The notes under the pieces are model-generated. The model was not told the DNA's origin. It made no database searches and saw only the letters and a program-made list of their open reading frames with translations. 51,414 bases of DNA. Source: Chloroflexota bacterium. Its GTDB lineage: Bacteria; Chloroflexota; UBA6077. Positions within the stretch are counted from its first letter, which is position 1, and every line of letters begins with the position of its first letter. A program made the position numbers and the translations under genes. Location of the stretch: positions 1-51,414 of the forward strand of contig DAHVXI010000055.1 in NCBI GenBank assembly GCA_027356795.1, given 5' to 3'. Positions 19,785 through 28,662 of the stretch are shown here, piece by piece.

Positions 19785-20342
19785 CTACGCGTTGAACTCG
19801 TTCATGGCTGCTTCCATCCCCTCGGCCAGGGTAGCCTCGACGGCCTCCACCGCCCGGTTCAGTGCCTCCTCGATGAGGGGACGCTCCTCGGCGGAGAATC
19901 TGCCCAGGACGTGATCCACGGCCTCTATCTCCGCCGGCCGGCCGATGCCGATCCGAAGGCGGGGGACGTCGCTCGTTCCCAGCATCCCGATGATGGATTG
20001 CAGCCCCCGGTGGCCGCCCGCGCTCCCCCTCTCCCTGAGCCGGATCTTTCCCACCGGCAGGTCGCGCTCGTCGTAGACCACCAGCAGGTCCCTGGGAGAG
20101 AGCTTGTAGAAACGGACGAGGCATACCACCGCCTCGCCGCTCAGATTCATGAAAGTCTGGGGTTTGGCCAGACACACCCGGTGGCCGGCCAGGGTCCCTA
20201 GGGCCGTGAGGGCGTTGCACTGCTTCTTGGTAACGTCGACGCCGCAGCGCCGCGCCAGCCGGTCCAGCACCATGAACCCCACGTTGTGCCGGGTGTTGGC
20301 GTACCTGGAGCCGGGGTTGCCCAGTCCCACCACGAGCTTCAC
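19785..20342 (-). CDS. pth: Peptidyl-tRNA hydrolase
   Basis: VVGLGNPG..Y..TRHNVGF, KPQTFMNLSG, GSAGGHRG and RLRIGIGRP motifs. Confidence 0.95.
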   Translation of the reverse strand: MKLVVGLGNPGSRYANTRHNVGFMVLDRLARRCGVDVTKKQCNALTALGTLAGHRVCLAKPQTFMNLSGEAVVCLVRFYKLSPRDLLVVYDERDLPVGKIRLRERGSAGGHRGLQSIIGMLGTSDVPRLRIGIGRPAEIEAVDHVLGRFSAEERPLIEEALNRAVEAVEATLAEGMEAAMNEFNA

Positions 20343-20446
20343 GTTCCACTCCAAACACTCATAGGGGCTGGTCGCCGTGACCAGCCCCTGCGATCTCGCA
20401 GAAGCCCCCCTACTCTAGGCCGGGGCGCTATCGATATTGTACCAAA

Positions 20447-21847
20447 TCAGTAGGCGTTGCCGCCCGTAAAGACGGTGAAGATGGTGCGCAGCAGGATCTT
20501 GATGTCGAAGAAGGGCGACCAGTTCTCCACGTAGTAGAGGTCGTACTTGGTCCGCTCCTCGATGGAGGTGTTGCCCCGCAGGCCGTTCACCTGGGCCCAG
20601 CCGGTCATCCCGGCCCTCTCGTTGTGCCGCTCGGCGTAGCGCGGGATGATCTGGCTGAACTGCTCCACGAAGTAGGGCCGCTCCGGCCGGGGCCCCACCA
20701 GGCTCATCTCGCCCAGCAGAACGTTGATCAGCTGCGGCATCTCGTCAAAGGAGTAGCGCCGCATGAACCGGCCCAAACCGGTGGTGCGCTGGTCGCCGGG
20801 CTTGGCCCAGATGGGGCCGGACTCCTTCTCGGCGTCGGGCACCATGGAGCGGAACTTCAGCAGCTCGAAGGGCTTGCCGTCCAGCCCCACCCGGACCTGA
20901 CTGAAGAACACCGGCCCTTCGCGGGAGGTCAGCTTGATGGCCAGGGCGGCCAGCATCAGGATGGGGGAGAGCACCACCAGGCTGGCGGCGCTGATGGTGA
21001 GGTCCATGGCGCGTTTGATGGCCTGGTGCCACCACCGCAGCGAGACGTCCCGGATCCGCAGCAGCGGCAGTCCACCCAACTCGGCCACCGCCACCTCGCT
21101 AGACATGATCTGGAAGACGTCCGGGAACACCTTCACGTTGATCCGCAGCTTCCCGCAGGCGTGCACCAGGTGCAGGATCTGCTTGTGGGACAGGGAGGGC
21201 GAGGCGAACACCACCTCGTCGATGCGGTACTCGTTCACCACCTGGGCCAGGCAGGAGGTGGGACCCAGCACCGGCAGGTCGCCGGGCGGGATGACCGTGG
21301 GGTCGTCCTCCAGGTATCCGACGACGGTGTAGCCCAGCCCCGGCCAGTTGGAGATCCGGTCGTAGATGATGAGCCCCGGCTCGTCCGCCCCCACGATCAG
21401 CAGCCGCTCCTGGTTGATCCCCAGGCTCCGCAGGATGGACACCAGACCGTTCAGGATCAGCCGAGAGATCCAGAGCAGCACCACGGAGATCCCCCAGGCG
21501 TAGATCAGGACCCAGCGCGGGTAGTCGATCCCCTTGAACAGGATGGCGCTCACCCCCAGGGCCAGGAGGGTTCCCGCGGTGGTGGCCAGCAGGACCGAGT
21601 AGAACAGGTCTATTCGGGAAACCCCTCGCTGGGGGCTGTACAGGCGGGCGGCGAACAGGGCCGCCACCACGCCGAGAACCATCAGCAGAGCCAGTCCCTG
21701 GTAGGCGTAGAGCGGAGGCATGGTGATGCCGGCCCGGGGCTCCATCTCCAATCTCATGCGGTAGGCCAGGGCGAAGGAGGCGACCTGCAACAGGACGTCG
21801 GTCATCAGGAGGAAGAGACTGAAGATCAACTCGAAGAGCCGCTTCAT
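20447..21847 (-). CDS. Undecaprenyl-phosphate hexose phosphotransferase (WcaJ/WbaP-like)
   Basis: N-terminal TMs plus KFRSM, DEMPQLINV..GEMSLVGPRPE, GMTGWAQVNG and DLYYVENWS motifs. Confidence 0.92.
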   Translation of the reverse strand: MKRLFELIFSLFLLMTDVLLQVASFALAYRMRLEMEPRAGITMPPLYAYQGLALLMVLGVVAALFAARLYSPQRGVSRIDLFYSVLLATTAGTLLALGVSAILFKGIDYPRWVLIYAWGISVVLLWISRLILNGLVSILRSLGINQERLLIVGADEPGLIIYDRISNWPGLGYTVVGYLEDDPTVIPPGDLPVLGPTSCLAQVVNEYRIDEVVFASPSLSHKQILHLVHACGKLRINVKVFPDVFQIMSSEVAVAELGGLPLLRIRDVSLRWWHQAIKRAMDLTISAASLVVLSPILMLAALAIKLTSREGPVFFSQVRVGLDGKPFELLKFRSMVPDAEKESGPIWAKPGDQRTTGLGRFMRRYSFDEMPQLINVLLGEMSLVGPRPERPYFVEQFSQIIPRYAERHNERAGMTGWAQVNGLRGNTSIEERTKYDLYYVENWSPFFDIKILLRTIFTVFTGGNAY

Positions 21848-22740
21848 CAGGAGACCCTCCTTGCCTCCGGCGGGCGCAGGTAGTTCACGGCGAGGGAGAA
21901 GGCGCACTTGGCCCAGATGGCCGCGACGATCAGGAATCCCAGGAGGCCGTTGGTGCCCGCCGCGTAGTGCTTCTTATAGAAGAGGTGCATGGCCCGGTAG
22001 AACTCGACGATGGTCTTCCCGGGGTGCCGCCTGCTGCTGGCCCCCTTGTGGTGCAGCACCACCACCGCCGGGTTGTAGAGGACTCTCCACCCCTTCGCCT
22101 TGATCCGATATGCCCAATCCAGGTCCTCGCCGTACATGAAGAAAGACTCGTCCAGGAAGCCCACCTGTCGGGTCGCCGCAGCCCGAACCATCATGAAGGC
22201 CCCGACCACGGAGTCTACCTCTGCCGGTTGGTTGGGGTCCAGATAGGTCAGGTTGTACCGCCCGAAGCGACGGCTGTTGGGGAACAGGTTGCTCAGCCCC
22301 AGCATCCGGTAGAAGGACACCTCGGGGGTGGGGAAGCTGCGCCGGCAGGCCAGGTCCAGACTTCCGTTCTCCCGAACCAGCTTGGTGCCCGCTATCCCCG
22401 CCTCTGGGTGGGCATCCATGAAATCCACCATCTCCTTCAACGCGCGGGGGGGCAATTCCGTATCGGGATTGAGCAGCAGCAGGTACTCCCCCTGGCACCG
22501 GCGAAGGGCCAGGTTGTTGGCGAATGCGTAACCCCGGTTGGCGTCGCACTGGATCAGCTGAGCCTGAGGGAACTCCGCGGACACCATGGCGGCGCTGCCG
22601 TCCACGGAGGCGTTGTCCACCACGAACAGCTCCATGGCCGGGGCCTCCTGGCTCCTCGTTACCGATTGGAGGCAGGCCCGAAGCAGGTCGCGGGTGTCGA
22701 AGTTGACGATGACGATGGAGAGCCTAGGGGTCGTAGGCAA
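21847..22740 (-). CDS. Family 2 glycosyltransferase (WbbL-like)
   Basis: SIVIVNF, VVDNASVDGS, LLLNPD and FFMYGEDLDW motifs. TTG start inferred. Confidence 0.9.
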   Translation of the reverse strand: MPTTPRLSIVIVNFDTRDLLRACLQSVTRSQEAPAMELFVVDNASVDGSAAMVSAEFPQAQLIQCDANRGYAFANNLALRRCQGEYLLLLNPDTELPPRALKEMVDFMDAHPEAGIAGTKLVRENGSLDLACRRSFPTPEVSFYRMLGLSNLFPNSRRFGRYNLTYLDPNQPAEVDSVVGAFMMVRAAATRQVGFLDESFFMYGEDLDWAYRIKAKGWRVLYNPAVVVLHHKGASSRRHPGKTIVEFYRAMHLFYKKHYAAGTNGLLGFLIVAAIWAKCAFSLAVNYLRPPEARRVS

Positions 22741-22866
22741 GCCTGTCCTCGATAGCACGTCCACATTCCATGGGACACAGGCCGTCTCAAAGGAGCACTC
22801 CGGCAGAACGGCGTCGAGCGCGTAAAGCAGAACTACACCACAGCCACGATGGATGAAGCTGAGGCG

Positions 22867-22895
22867 ATTATAGTGGTGGCCGCAGAAGAGGTCAA
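22867..22895 (-). promoter_or_regulatory. Sigma70-type promoter for the GT2-phosphotransferase genes
   Basis: TTGACC-N17-TATAAT. Confidence 0.7.
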
Positions 22896-22905
22896 ACTCT
22901 GCCTT

Positions 22906-22941
22906 CTCCCTCTCCCCTTGGGAGAGGGTCGGGGTGAGGGC
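22906..22941. repeat. Family B palindromic element
   Basis: ctccctctccccttgggagagggtcggggtgagggc. Confidence 0.85.
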
Positions 22942-22964
22942 TGTAGCAGGGGTACCGGCGCTGA

Positions 22965-23948
22965 CTACGATTTTCGCGTCTGTCGCAGCCTCCACAGGAT
23001 CCCCACCGGGTAGCCGGCCATCTTGGCCAGATCCCCGACCATCCGGATTGCGGGCACCCAGGCTATGGCCTCCGCCTTTTCCAGAGGCGATAGCCCGCTC
23101 AGCCGTGGTGCCAGTCTCTGGTAGGGGGTCTTCAGGTGCAGGGCCGCACCCACGGCCAGGGGCAGCAGGAGGATCGGCCTCTTGCGGCTCGCCTGAAGCA
23201 GGGCCAGGCCCGCCTCGTAGCCGGCGTAGCGGATGGCGTGCCGCCAGGGCCAGAGGCCTGCTTTGCCGTCTCCTCGAGCGTACCGGAAGTACTGAGTACA
23301 GAAGGCGCGCAGGCTGCCCCGAGGGCGGAACTTGGCCACCGCCTCGGGGGCCCAGGCGAAGACGCAGCCGGACCGGCGCAGGGCCAGGTCGAACACCACG
23401 TCCTCGCAGTAGTCCAGCCATTCCGGGTAGCCTCCGGCCCGGCGCCAGGCCTCTTTGGTGAAGGCGACCGACCGGCTGGAGGGGAGGAAGCGGGCGGGGT
23501 TGATCTCCTCCCGTGTGGGAAGGACCGTGGCGCCCATGGCCAGCTCGAAGACGTTCTTCGGATCGGGCTCGAAGAAGCCGCTCACCACGTCGACCCGGCC
23601 GTGCCGTCTCTGAAAGGGTGTGACCAGCTGCTCCAGCCAGGTCGGCTTGAAGCGGACGCCGGCGTCGGTCACCGCTATCACGTCGCCCGTGGCCTGCCCC
23701 ACCGCGGCATTCCGGCCCTCCGAGATGTTGGAGCCGGGCAGCTGGAGAACCTGGAGGCTGAGGCGGTCGCCGGCTGTGGCCCGGATCCGCTCCACGGTGG
23801 CGTCGGTGGAGCCTCCGTCGGAGATGATCACCTCGTCCGGTCGCCGGGTTTGAGCCGCCAGCGACTCGACGAGATCGACCACGCTCGCCTCTTCGTTCAG
23901 GACGGTGGCGATGACGGTAACCTTCAGGGGTCGGGTTGCTTCAGCCAT
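22965..23948 (-). CDS. Family 2 glycosyltransferase
   Basis: ATVLNEE, DGGSTD, GRN, TDAG and CED motifs; ATG 23948 has a GAGG SD. Confidence 0.88.
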   Translation of the reverse strand: MAEATRPLKVTVIATVLNEEASVVDLVESLAAQTRRPDEVIISDGGSTDATVERIRATAGDRLSLQVLQLPGSNISEGRNAAVGQATGDVIAVTDAGVRFKPTWLEQLVTPFQRRHGRVDVVSGFFEPDPKNVFELAMGATVLPTREEINPARFLPSSRSVAFTKEAWRRAGGYPEWLDYCEDVVFDLALRRSGCVFAWAPEAVAKFRPRGSLRAFCTQYFRYARGDGKAGLWPWRHAIRYAGYEAGLALLQASRKRPILLLPLAVGAALHLKTPYQRLAPRLSGLSPLEKAEAIAWVPAIRMVGDLAKMAGYPVGILWRLRQTRKS

Positions 23949-24158
23949 GGTACCTCGCAGCAACGACTTCAGCCGTTCGGTCCCTCGCCGCGAGGAGCAG
24001 GACGAACGACCGACGTCTCTGCTACAGCCTTCTTCCTCCGCCGTACGCAGTCTGTCAGTCGGTGGCGATCGGCGGACTGCAGCTCCGCTTCGCTCAGCAC
24101 GACGGGTCCGGAGCCGCGCCAAGGTATGGAGCCGGCGTGTCGTTGCCGCAGCGCAGAG

Positions 24159-24187
24159 ATGATAGGTTCTGCTTCCAGTTGCGTCAA
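24159..24187 (-). promoter_or_regulatory. Sigma70-type promoter
   Basis: TTGACG-N17-TATCAT. Confidence 0.6.
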
Positions 24188-24273
24188 GCGGCGCCTTATG
24201 ATAGCGTTTCCCCAACAGAGCTTCGCGGGCCTGAACGGCTTTGCGCGGCTCTGCCTCGACCGGGGAGGTGGCG

Positions 24274-24648
24274 ATGCGCTGCGCCCATTGTGGGACCCGT
24301 TTTGACCTGGAGGACAACTACTGCCGGAATTGCGGAACGGCGCTGAATCGTCGGGAGCTGCCCACCGTCGTCTCCCGTTCTCTCCTGCCGGTGCCCTGGG
24401 CCATGGCGAGGGGCCCGGTCGTGCGGGGCGTGGTCGCGCTGGCGGTCGGCACGGTGATGGAGCTGGCGAGGAGGGAGGTCTCCCGCCGAGTCATTTCCCA
24501 GGATCCCTCCCAGGCGCTCGCTCTCCTGGCCGCGGGCAAGCCTGTCGAGGCGAAGCGCCGCTTCCCCTGGTCGAAACAACCCCCCAGGGGCGAGTACGAG
24601 GTCACCGAGACGGTGATCCAGCGCACCGTGCGCTTCTTCCGGAAGTAA
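24274..24648 (+). CDS. Zinc-ribbon domain protein with a hydrophobic segment
   Basis: CAHCG...YCRNCG; GGAGGT SD before ATG 24274. Confidence 0.75.
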   Translation: MRCAHCGTRFDLEDNYCRNCGTALNRRELPTVVSRSLLPVPWAMARGPVVRGVVALAVGTVMELARREVSRRVISQDPSQALALLAAGKPVEAKRRFPWSKQPPRGEYEVTETVIQRTVRFFRK

Positions 24649-24651
24649 CCG

Positions 24652-24750
24652 CCTCTCCCTCTGGGAGAGGCCGCCCGAAGGGCGGGTGAGGGCTGCTTCG
24701 ACGCTTGCGACCAAGCCCTCACCCTGACCCTCTCCCAGAGGGAGAGGGGA
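24652..24750. repeat. Inverted pair of family B elements between convergent genes
   Basis: ctctccctctgggagagg...ggtgagggc and gccctcaccctgaccctctcccagagggagagggg. Confidence 0.82.
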
Positions 24751-25347
24751 TCACGAACCTGCCAGCAGTCTCTCCAATACCCTCCGGGCGCAGCGGCCGG
24801 CCTTGCCCCGGTGGCTGATCCGGTCCTTCTCCTCGGGCGCCATCTCTGCCAGGGTGCGCCCTTCGGATGGCACGAAGAAGATGGGATCGAAGCCGAAGCC
24901 GCCCCGCCCCCGGGGCTCCGTCGCCACCTTCCCCTTCAGGATGCCCTGGCAGCGGTGGAGTCCACCTCTCTCGTCCACGATGGCCAGCTCGGCCACGTAC
25001 CGGCAGTCTCGTTTCTCCCAGGGCACCTCCTGCATCTGTCGAAGCAGCAGCCGGTTCTTGGTCTCACCGTCGGGGAGCCCGCCGTATCGGGCCGAGTACA
25101 CCCCCGGCGCGCCGTCCAGCGCCTCCACCTCCATCCCGGAGTCGTCGGCCAGGGAGAGGAGGCCGCTGGCCTCGTGGAAGGCCCGGGCCTTGAGGGCGGC
25201 GTTCTCGGCGAAGGTGGCGCCAGTCTCCTGCACCTCCAGCTTCAGCCCCAGGGATGCAGGGGTCACCAGCTCCAGGGGCAGGCCGGCGAGGATCTGGGTG
25301 AACTCGCGGACCTTGTCTGGGTTGTTGGTGGAGAGGAGCAGTTTCAA
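24751..25347 (-). CDS. rdgB: Non-canonical purine NTP pyrophosphatase (RdgB/Ham1)
   Basis: STNNPDK, ETGATFAENA..KA, ADDSG, PGVYSARY, GFGFDPIF and SHRG motifs. The TTG start overlaps the upstream stop. Confidence 0.92.
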   Translation of the reverse strand: MKLLLSTNNPDKVREFTQILAGLPLELVTPASLGLKLEVQETGATFAENAALKARAFHEASGLLSLADDSGMEVEALDGAPGVYSARYGGLPDGETKNRLLLRQMQEVPWEKRDCRYVAELAIVDERGGLHRCQGILKGKVATEPRGRGGFGFDPIFFVPSEGRTLAEMAPEEKDRISHRGKAGRCARRVLERLLAGS

Positions 25348-26573
25348 ACGATACCGTCGGCCTTCATCTGGGCCAGTTCCTCGGGGGAGTAGCCCAGGAG
25401 ATCGCAGTAGACCTCCTGGTTGTGGGCTCCCATCTCGGGTCCCGTCGACTCCACCCGTCCGGGGGTCAGGGAGAGCCTCGGCACCACCGAGCACATCTTG
25501 ATCTCCCCCTCCACAGGGTCGTCGACCGAGATGATGTTCTCCCGGGCCTGGTACTGCGGGTCCTGGAACATGTCCTCGACACTGTACAGCAGGCCGTTGG
25601 GGACCTCGTTCGCTTCCAGGATCTCCATGCCCTCTTTGGCCGTGTAGCTGCCGATCCACTCCTGGACCATGGCGTCGGTCTCCTCCCGATGGGCGACCCG
25701 CTGGGCGTTGGAGCAGAAGCGGGGATCGTCGGCCAGCTCCGGGCGGCCCATGGCCCCCATCAGCCGCTTGAACATGGTGTCGTTGGTGCAGGCGACGGCG
25801 ACGTGCCGGCCATCCTTGGTGGTGTAGTGGTTGTGGGGCACGGCGTTCACTGAGCCGGTGCCCAACCGCTCACGGACCAGGCCTATCTTGTGGAAGGCGG
25901 CCGGCACCTCCTCCAGGATCCGGAGCACCGGCTCGTAGAGGGCGATGTCCACGTACTGCCCCCGGCCGGTCTTGTCCCGGTGGTGGAGGGCCATCATGGC
26001 GCCCAGGGCCCCGTACACGCCGGTCAGGTAGTCCGGGATCGAGGCGGTGCCGGGGATGACGGGCGGACGGTCGGGGAAGCCGGCCAGGTTGCTGAGGCCG
26101 CCGTAGGCCGCCGCGATGCGGCCGAACCCCGGCTTGTCCTTGTAGGGACCGAACTGGCCGTAGCCGGTGACCCGCACCATCACCAGCCCCGGGTTGATCT
26201 CCTTCAGCTGCTCGTACCCCAGGTTCCATCGCTCCAGGGTCCCGGGCCGGAAGTTCTCCACCACCACGTCGGAGATCCCGACCAGCTTCTTGACGATCTC
26301 CTGGCCCTTGGACTTCCTCATGTCCAGGGTGATGCACCGCTTGTTGCGGGCCTCTACCCGCCAGATCAGCGCCGTGCCGTTGTGCTGAGGCCAGAACTTG
26401 CGTAGGGAGTCGCCGACACCGGGTAGCTCGACCTTGATGACGTCTGCGCCGAACTCGGCCAGGAGGGTGGCGCAGTGGGGGCCCGCGATGACGGTGGCAA
26501 GATCGATGACACGAACCCCGTCCAAGGGCCGTGCGCCTCGGTCGGAGGGGGACTTCTTTGTCGCGTCGGTCAT
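25344..26573 (-). CDS. Family III CoA-transferase (CaiB/BaiF)
   Basis: GVRVIDL, GADVIKVE, RNKR, DVVVENFRPG and TGYGQ.GPY motifs. Confidence 0.92.
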   Translation of the reverse strand: MTDATKKSPSDRGARPLDGVRVIDLATVIAGPHCATLLAEFGADVIKVELPGVGDSLRKFWPQHNGTALIWRVEARNKRCITLDMRKSKGQEIVKKLVGISDVVVENFRPGTLERWNLGYEQLKEINPGLVMVRVTGYGQFGPYKDKPGFGRIAAAYGGLSNLAGFPDRPPVIPGTASIPDYLTGVYGALGAMMALHHRDKTGRGQYVDIALYEPVLRILEEVPAAFHKIGLVRERLGTGSVNAVPHNHYTTKDGRHVAVACTNDTMFKRLMGAMGRPELADDPRFCSNAQRVAHREETDAMVQEWIGSYTAKEGMEILEANEVPNGLLYSVEDMFQDPQYQARENIISVDDPVEGEIKMCSVVPRLSLTPGRVESTGPEMGAHNQEVYCDLLGYSPEELAQMKADGIV

Positions 26574-26906
26574 CTGAACTCATACTCCTTTCGCGGCCGG
26601 GTTGAGGATCGGCCGCGGGGCGATTATACACGCCGCCGTAGGGGCGGGGGTACCGCCAGCTGTTTATCTTATTTCCTTTTCCCGGCTATCGGAGATTACC
26701 GGCCGGGCGCCAGCGCCTCCTCCAACAAGGTTAGAACGATTATTGCCTATAGGGGCGGGCGTTGGGAAGGGATCCGGCAATCGGAGGATGAAGGAGCATC
26801 TAGATGGCAGTTGCTGTTGAGGACTACCGGCAGGCCAGGAGGGACCAGTGGCCCTAGCAATGGGTTTCAATAGAGTAGATGCTGTTTCCGGCGGGGGCAG
26901 CATCTC

Positions 26907-27203
26907 ATGAGGGCCAGAGAGGCGGCAGCCGAAAACCGCAGGATATGGCTGTTCATAACCCAGTGCGCCTGGTGCCGGGGGATCAAGGTGTGGCGGTGGT
27001 ACTTCCGCAAGCCCAAACCGCCCCTCCTGCTGTGGCGGGAGCAGCTCAGCCTGCCTCATCTCCCCGTCCTGGTGGTCAGCATGACCCACGGGGCCTGCCC
27101 GGAGTGCGCCCGGCGAGTAAACGAGACCGCCCGGCTATCCCGCTTGCAGCGGATAACCCCCGCTCCGGTGTCGGTGGCCAACAGGGAGGACGTCTCCGCC
27201 TGA
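26907..27203 (+). CDS. Hypothetical protein with a CxxC...HGxCxxC putative Zn site
   Basis: CAWC and THGACPEC motifs. Confidence 0.55.
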   Translation: MRAREAAAENRRIWLFITQCAWCRGIKVWRWYFRKPKPPLLLWREQLSLPHLPVLVVSMTHGACPECARRVNETARLSRLQRITPAPVSVANREDVSA

Positions 27204-27352
27204 GGCTTCGCCCTTCGCTCCGGCTACCCCACCCCGACGGGTGCCCCAGCCGACCGGCTCCTCCGGCCTCTCCCGATCGAAGCCCACCACTGGCCGCATC
27301 TCGATCCTCATGGTTTTCCTTTCCCATGTGTTAGAATCCCGACTGCGGGAAT

Positions 27353-28591
27353 ATGGATAGTAGCTATTGCCCTCGATTGCGAGCCCTCGAGATGCAGTGG
27401 ATCGAACGATCGGGGCAGCCGGCCCTGCTGCTGCAGGATCGGCTGGCCATCGGCGCTCGCGGGGTCGTCGTGCCCCAGCTTCTCGTGCCCCTGCTGGCCC
27501 TCTGTGACGGCGCCCGAGACCTGGACACCCTCCGATCGGCCTATCAGCTGCGGACGGGGATTCCCCTCGATCCGGCTGTGGTGGAGAAGGTCTTCGCCCA
27601 CCTGGACGAGGCCCTGATGCTGGACAACGATCGCTTCGCGCAGGCCTACCGTCGGGCGCTGGAGGTCTACCGCGACTCCCCCTTCAGGCCGGCGGCCCTG
27701 GCAGGAGGCAGCTATCCGGCGGAAGCCCCGGAGCTGGCGGCGCTGCTGGAGGAATACCTTGCGGAGGCGGCGGCCCTGCGTGATGGGCAGCTCCCTCCGA
27801 CCGGCTCCGTCCAAGGGGTGATCTGCCCCCACATCGATTACGACCGGGGCGGCCTCGTCTACGCTCAGCTGTGGGACAGGGCGAGGGACGCGGTGGCCGA
27901 GGCCGACCTCTTCCTGATCCTGGGCACCGACCACGCCGGGGGGCCGGGGGCGCTCACCCTCACCCGCCAGAGCTACCACACCCCCTTCGGCCTCCTGCCC
28001 ACCGACATCGAGGCGGTAGAGGTGGTGGCCGAGGCCATGGGGACCGAGGCCGCCTACGCCCTGGAGCTGAACCACAAGGTCGAGCACTCCGTGGAGCTGG
28101 CGGCGGTGTGGCTTCGCTATCTGGCGGGCGAGCGGGACGTCAAGACGGTGCCGGTGCTGTGTGGCTCCTTCCACCCCTACACCCAGGGGGAGAGCCGCCC
28201 GACCGAGGACGCGCGGTGGCGGGCGGGGGCTGAGGCCCTCCGTCGCATCGCTCGGAGGGATCGAACCCTGGTGGTGGCCGCGGCGGACCTGGCCCACATG
28301 GGTCCCGCCTTCGGCGACCCGCAGCCCATGGGGGCGGTGGAGCGGGCATCCCTCTCGGTCTCCGATGCGGAGATGCTGGCGGCCGTTTGTCTGGGGGATG
28401 CCGAGGGGTTCCTCGACCTGCTGACCGGGGAGAGGGACCGCCGGAAGGTGTGCGGCCTTCCGCCCATCTACCTGATGCTGAAGCTTCTGGGCCGGGTGGT
28501 GGGAGAGAAGGTGGCCTACTCCATCTGTCCGGCACCGGGGGAATCGGTGGTATCCGTGACCGGGGTTCTGCTCTCCGAGCCTCCTGCCTAG
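27353..28591 (+). CDS. amrB: AmmeMemoRadiSam system protein B (MEMO1 family), long form
   Basis: RPAALAGGSYP, PHIDY.RGG, LGTDH, HKVEHSVE, ADLAHMG and VCG motifs. Confidence 0.85.
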   Translation: MDSSYCPRLRALEMQWIERSGQPALLLQDRLAIGARGVVVPQLLVPLLALCDGARDLDTLRSAYQLRTGIPLDPAVVEKVFAHLDEALMLDNDRFAQAYRRALEVYRDSPFRPAALAGGSYPAEAPELAALLEEYLAEAAALRDGQLPPTGSVQGVICPHIDYDRGGLVYAQLWDRARDAVAEADLFLILGTDHAGGPGALTLTRQSYHTPFGLLPTDIEAVEVVAEAMGTEAAYALELNHKVEHSVELAAVWLRYLAGERDVKTVPVLCGSFHPYTQGESRPTEDARWRAGAEALRRIARRDRTLVVAAADLAHMGPAFGDPQPMGAVERASLSVSDAEMLAAVCLGDAEGFLDLLTGERDRRKVCGLPPIYLMLKLLGRVVGEKVAYSICPAPGESVVSVTGVLLSEPPA

Positions 28592-28623
28592 GTGCGTCGT
28601 TCCTTAGGCCGCCTACGTAACCT

Positions 28624-28658
28624 ACGTAGGGCGGGGTCTTGTGTGCCCCGCCCTACGT
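28624..28658. repeat. GTAG REP-like hairpin between convergent genes
   Basis: acgtagggcgggg-tcttgtgtg-ccccgccctacgt. Confidence 0.75.
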
Positions 28659-28662
28659 TAGC

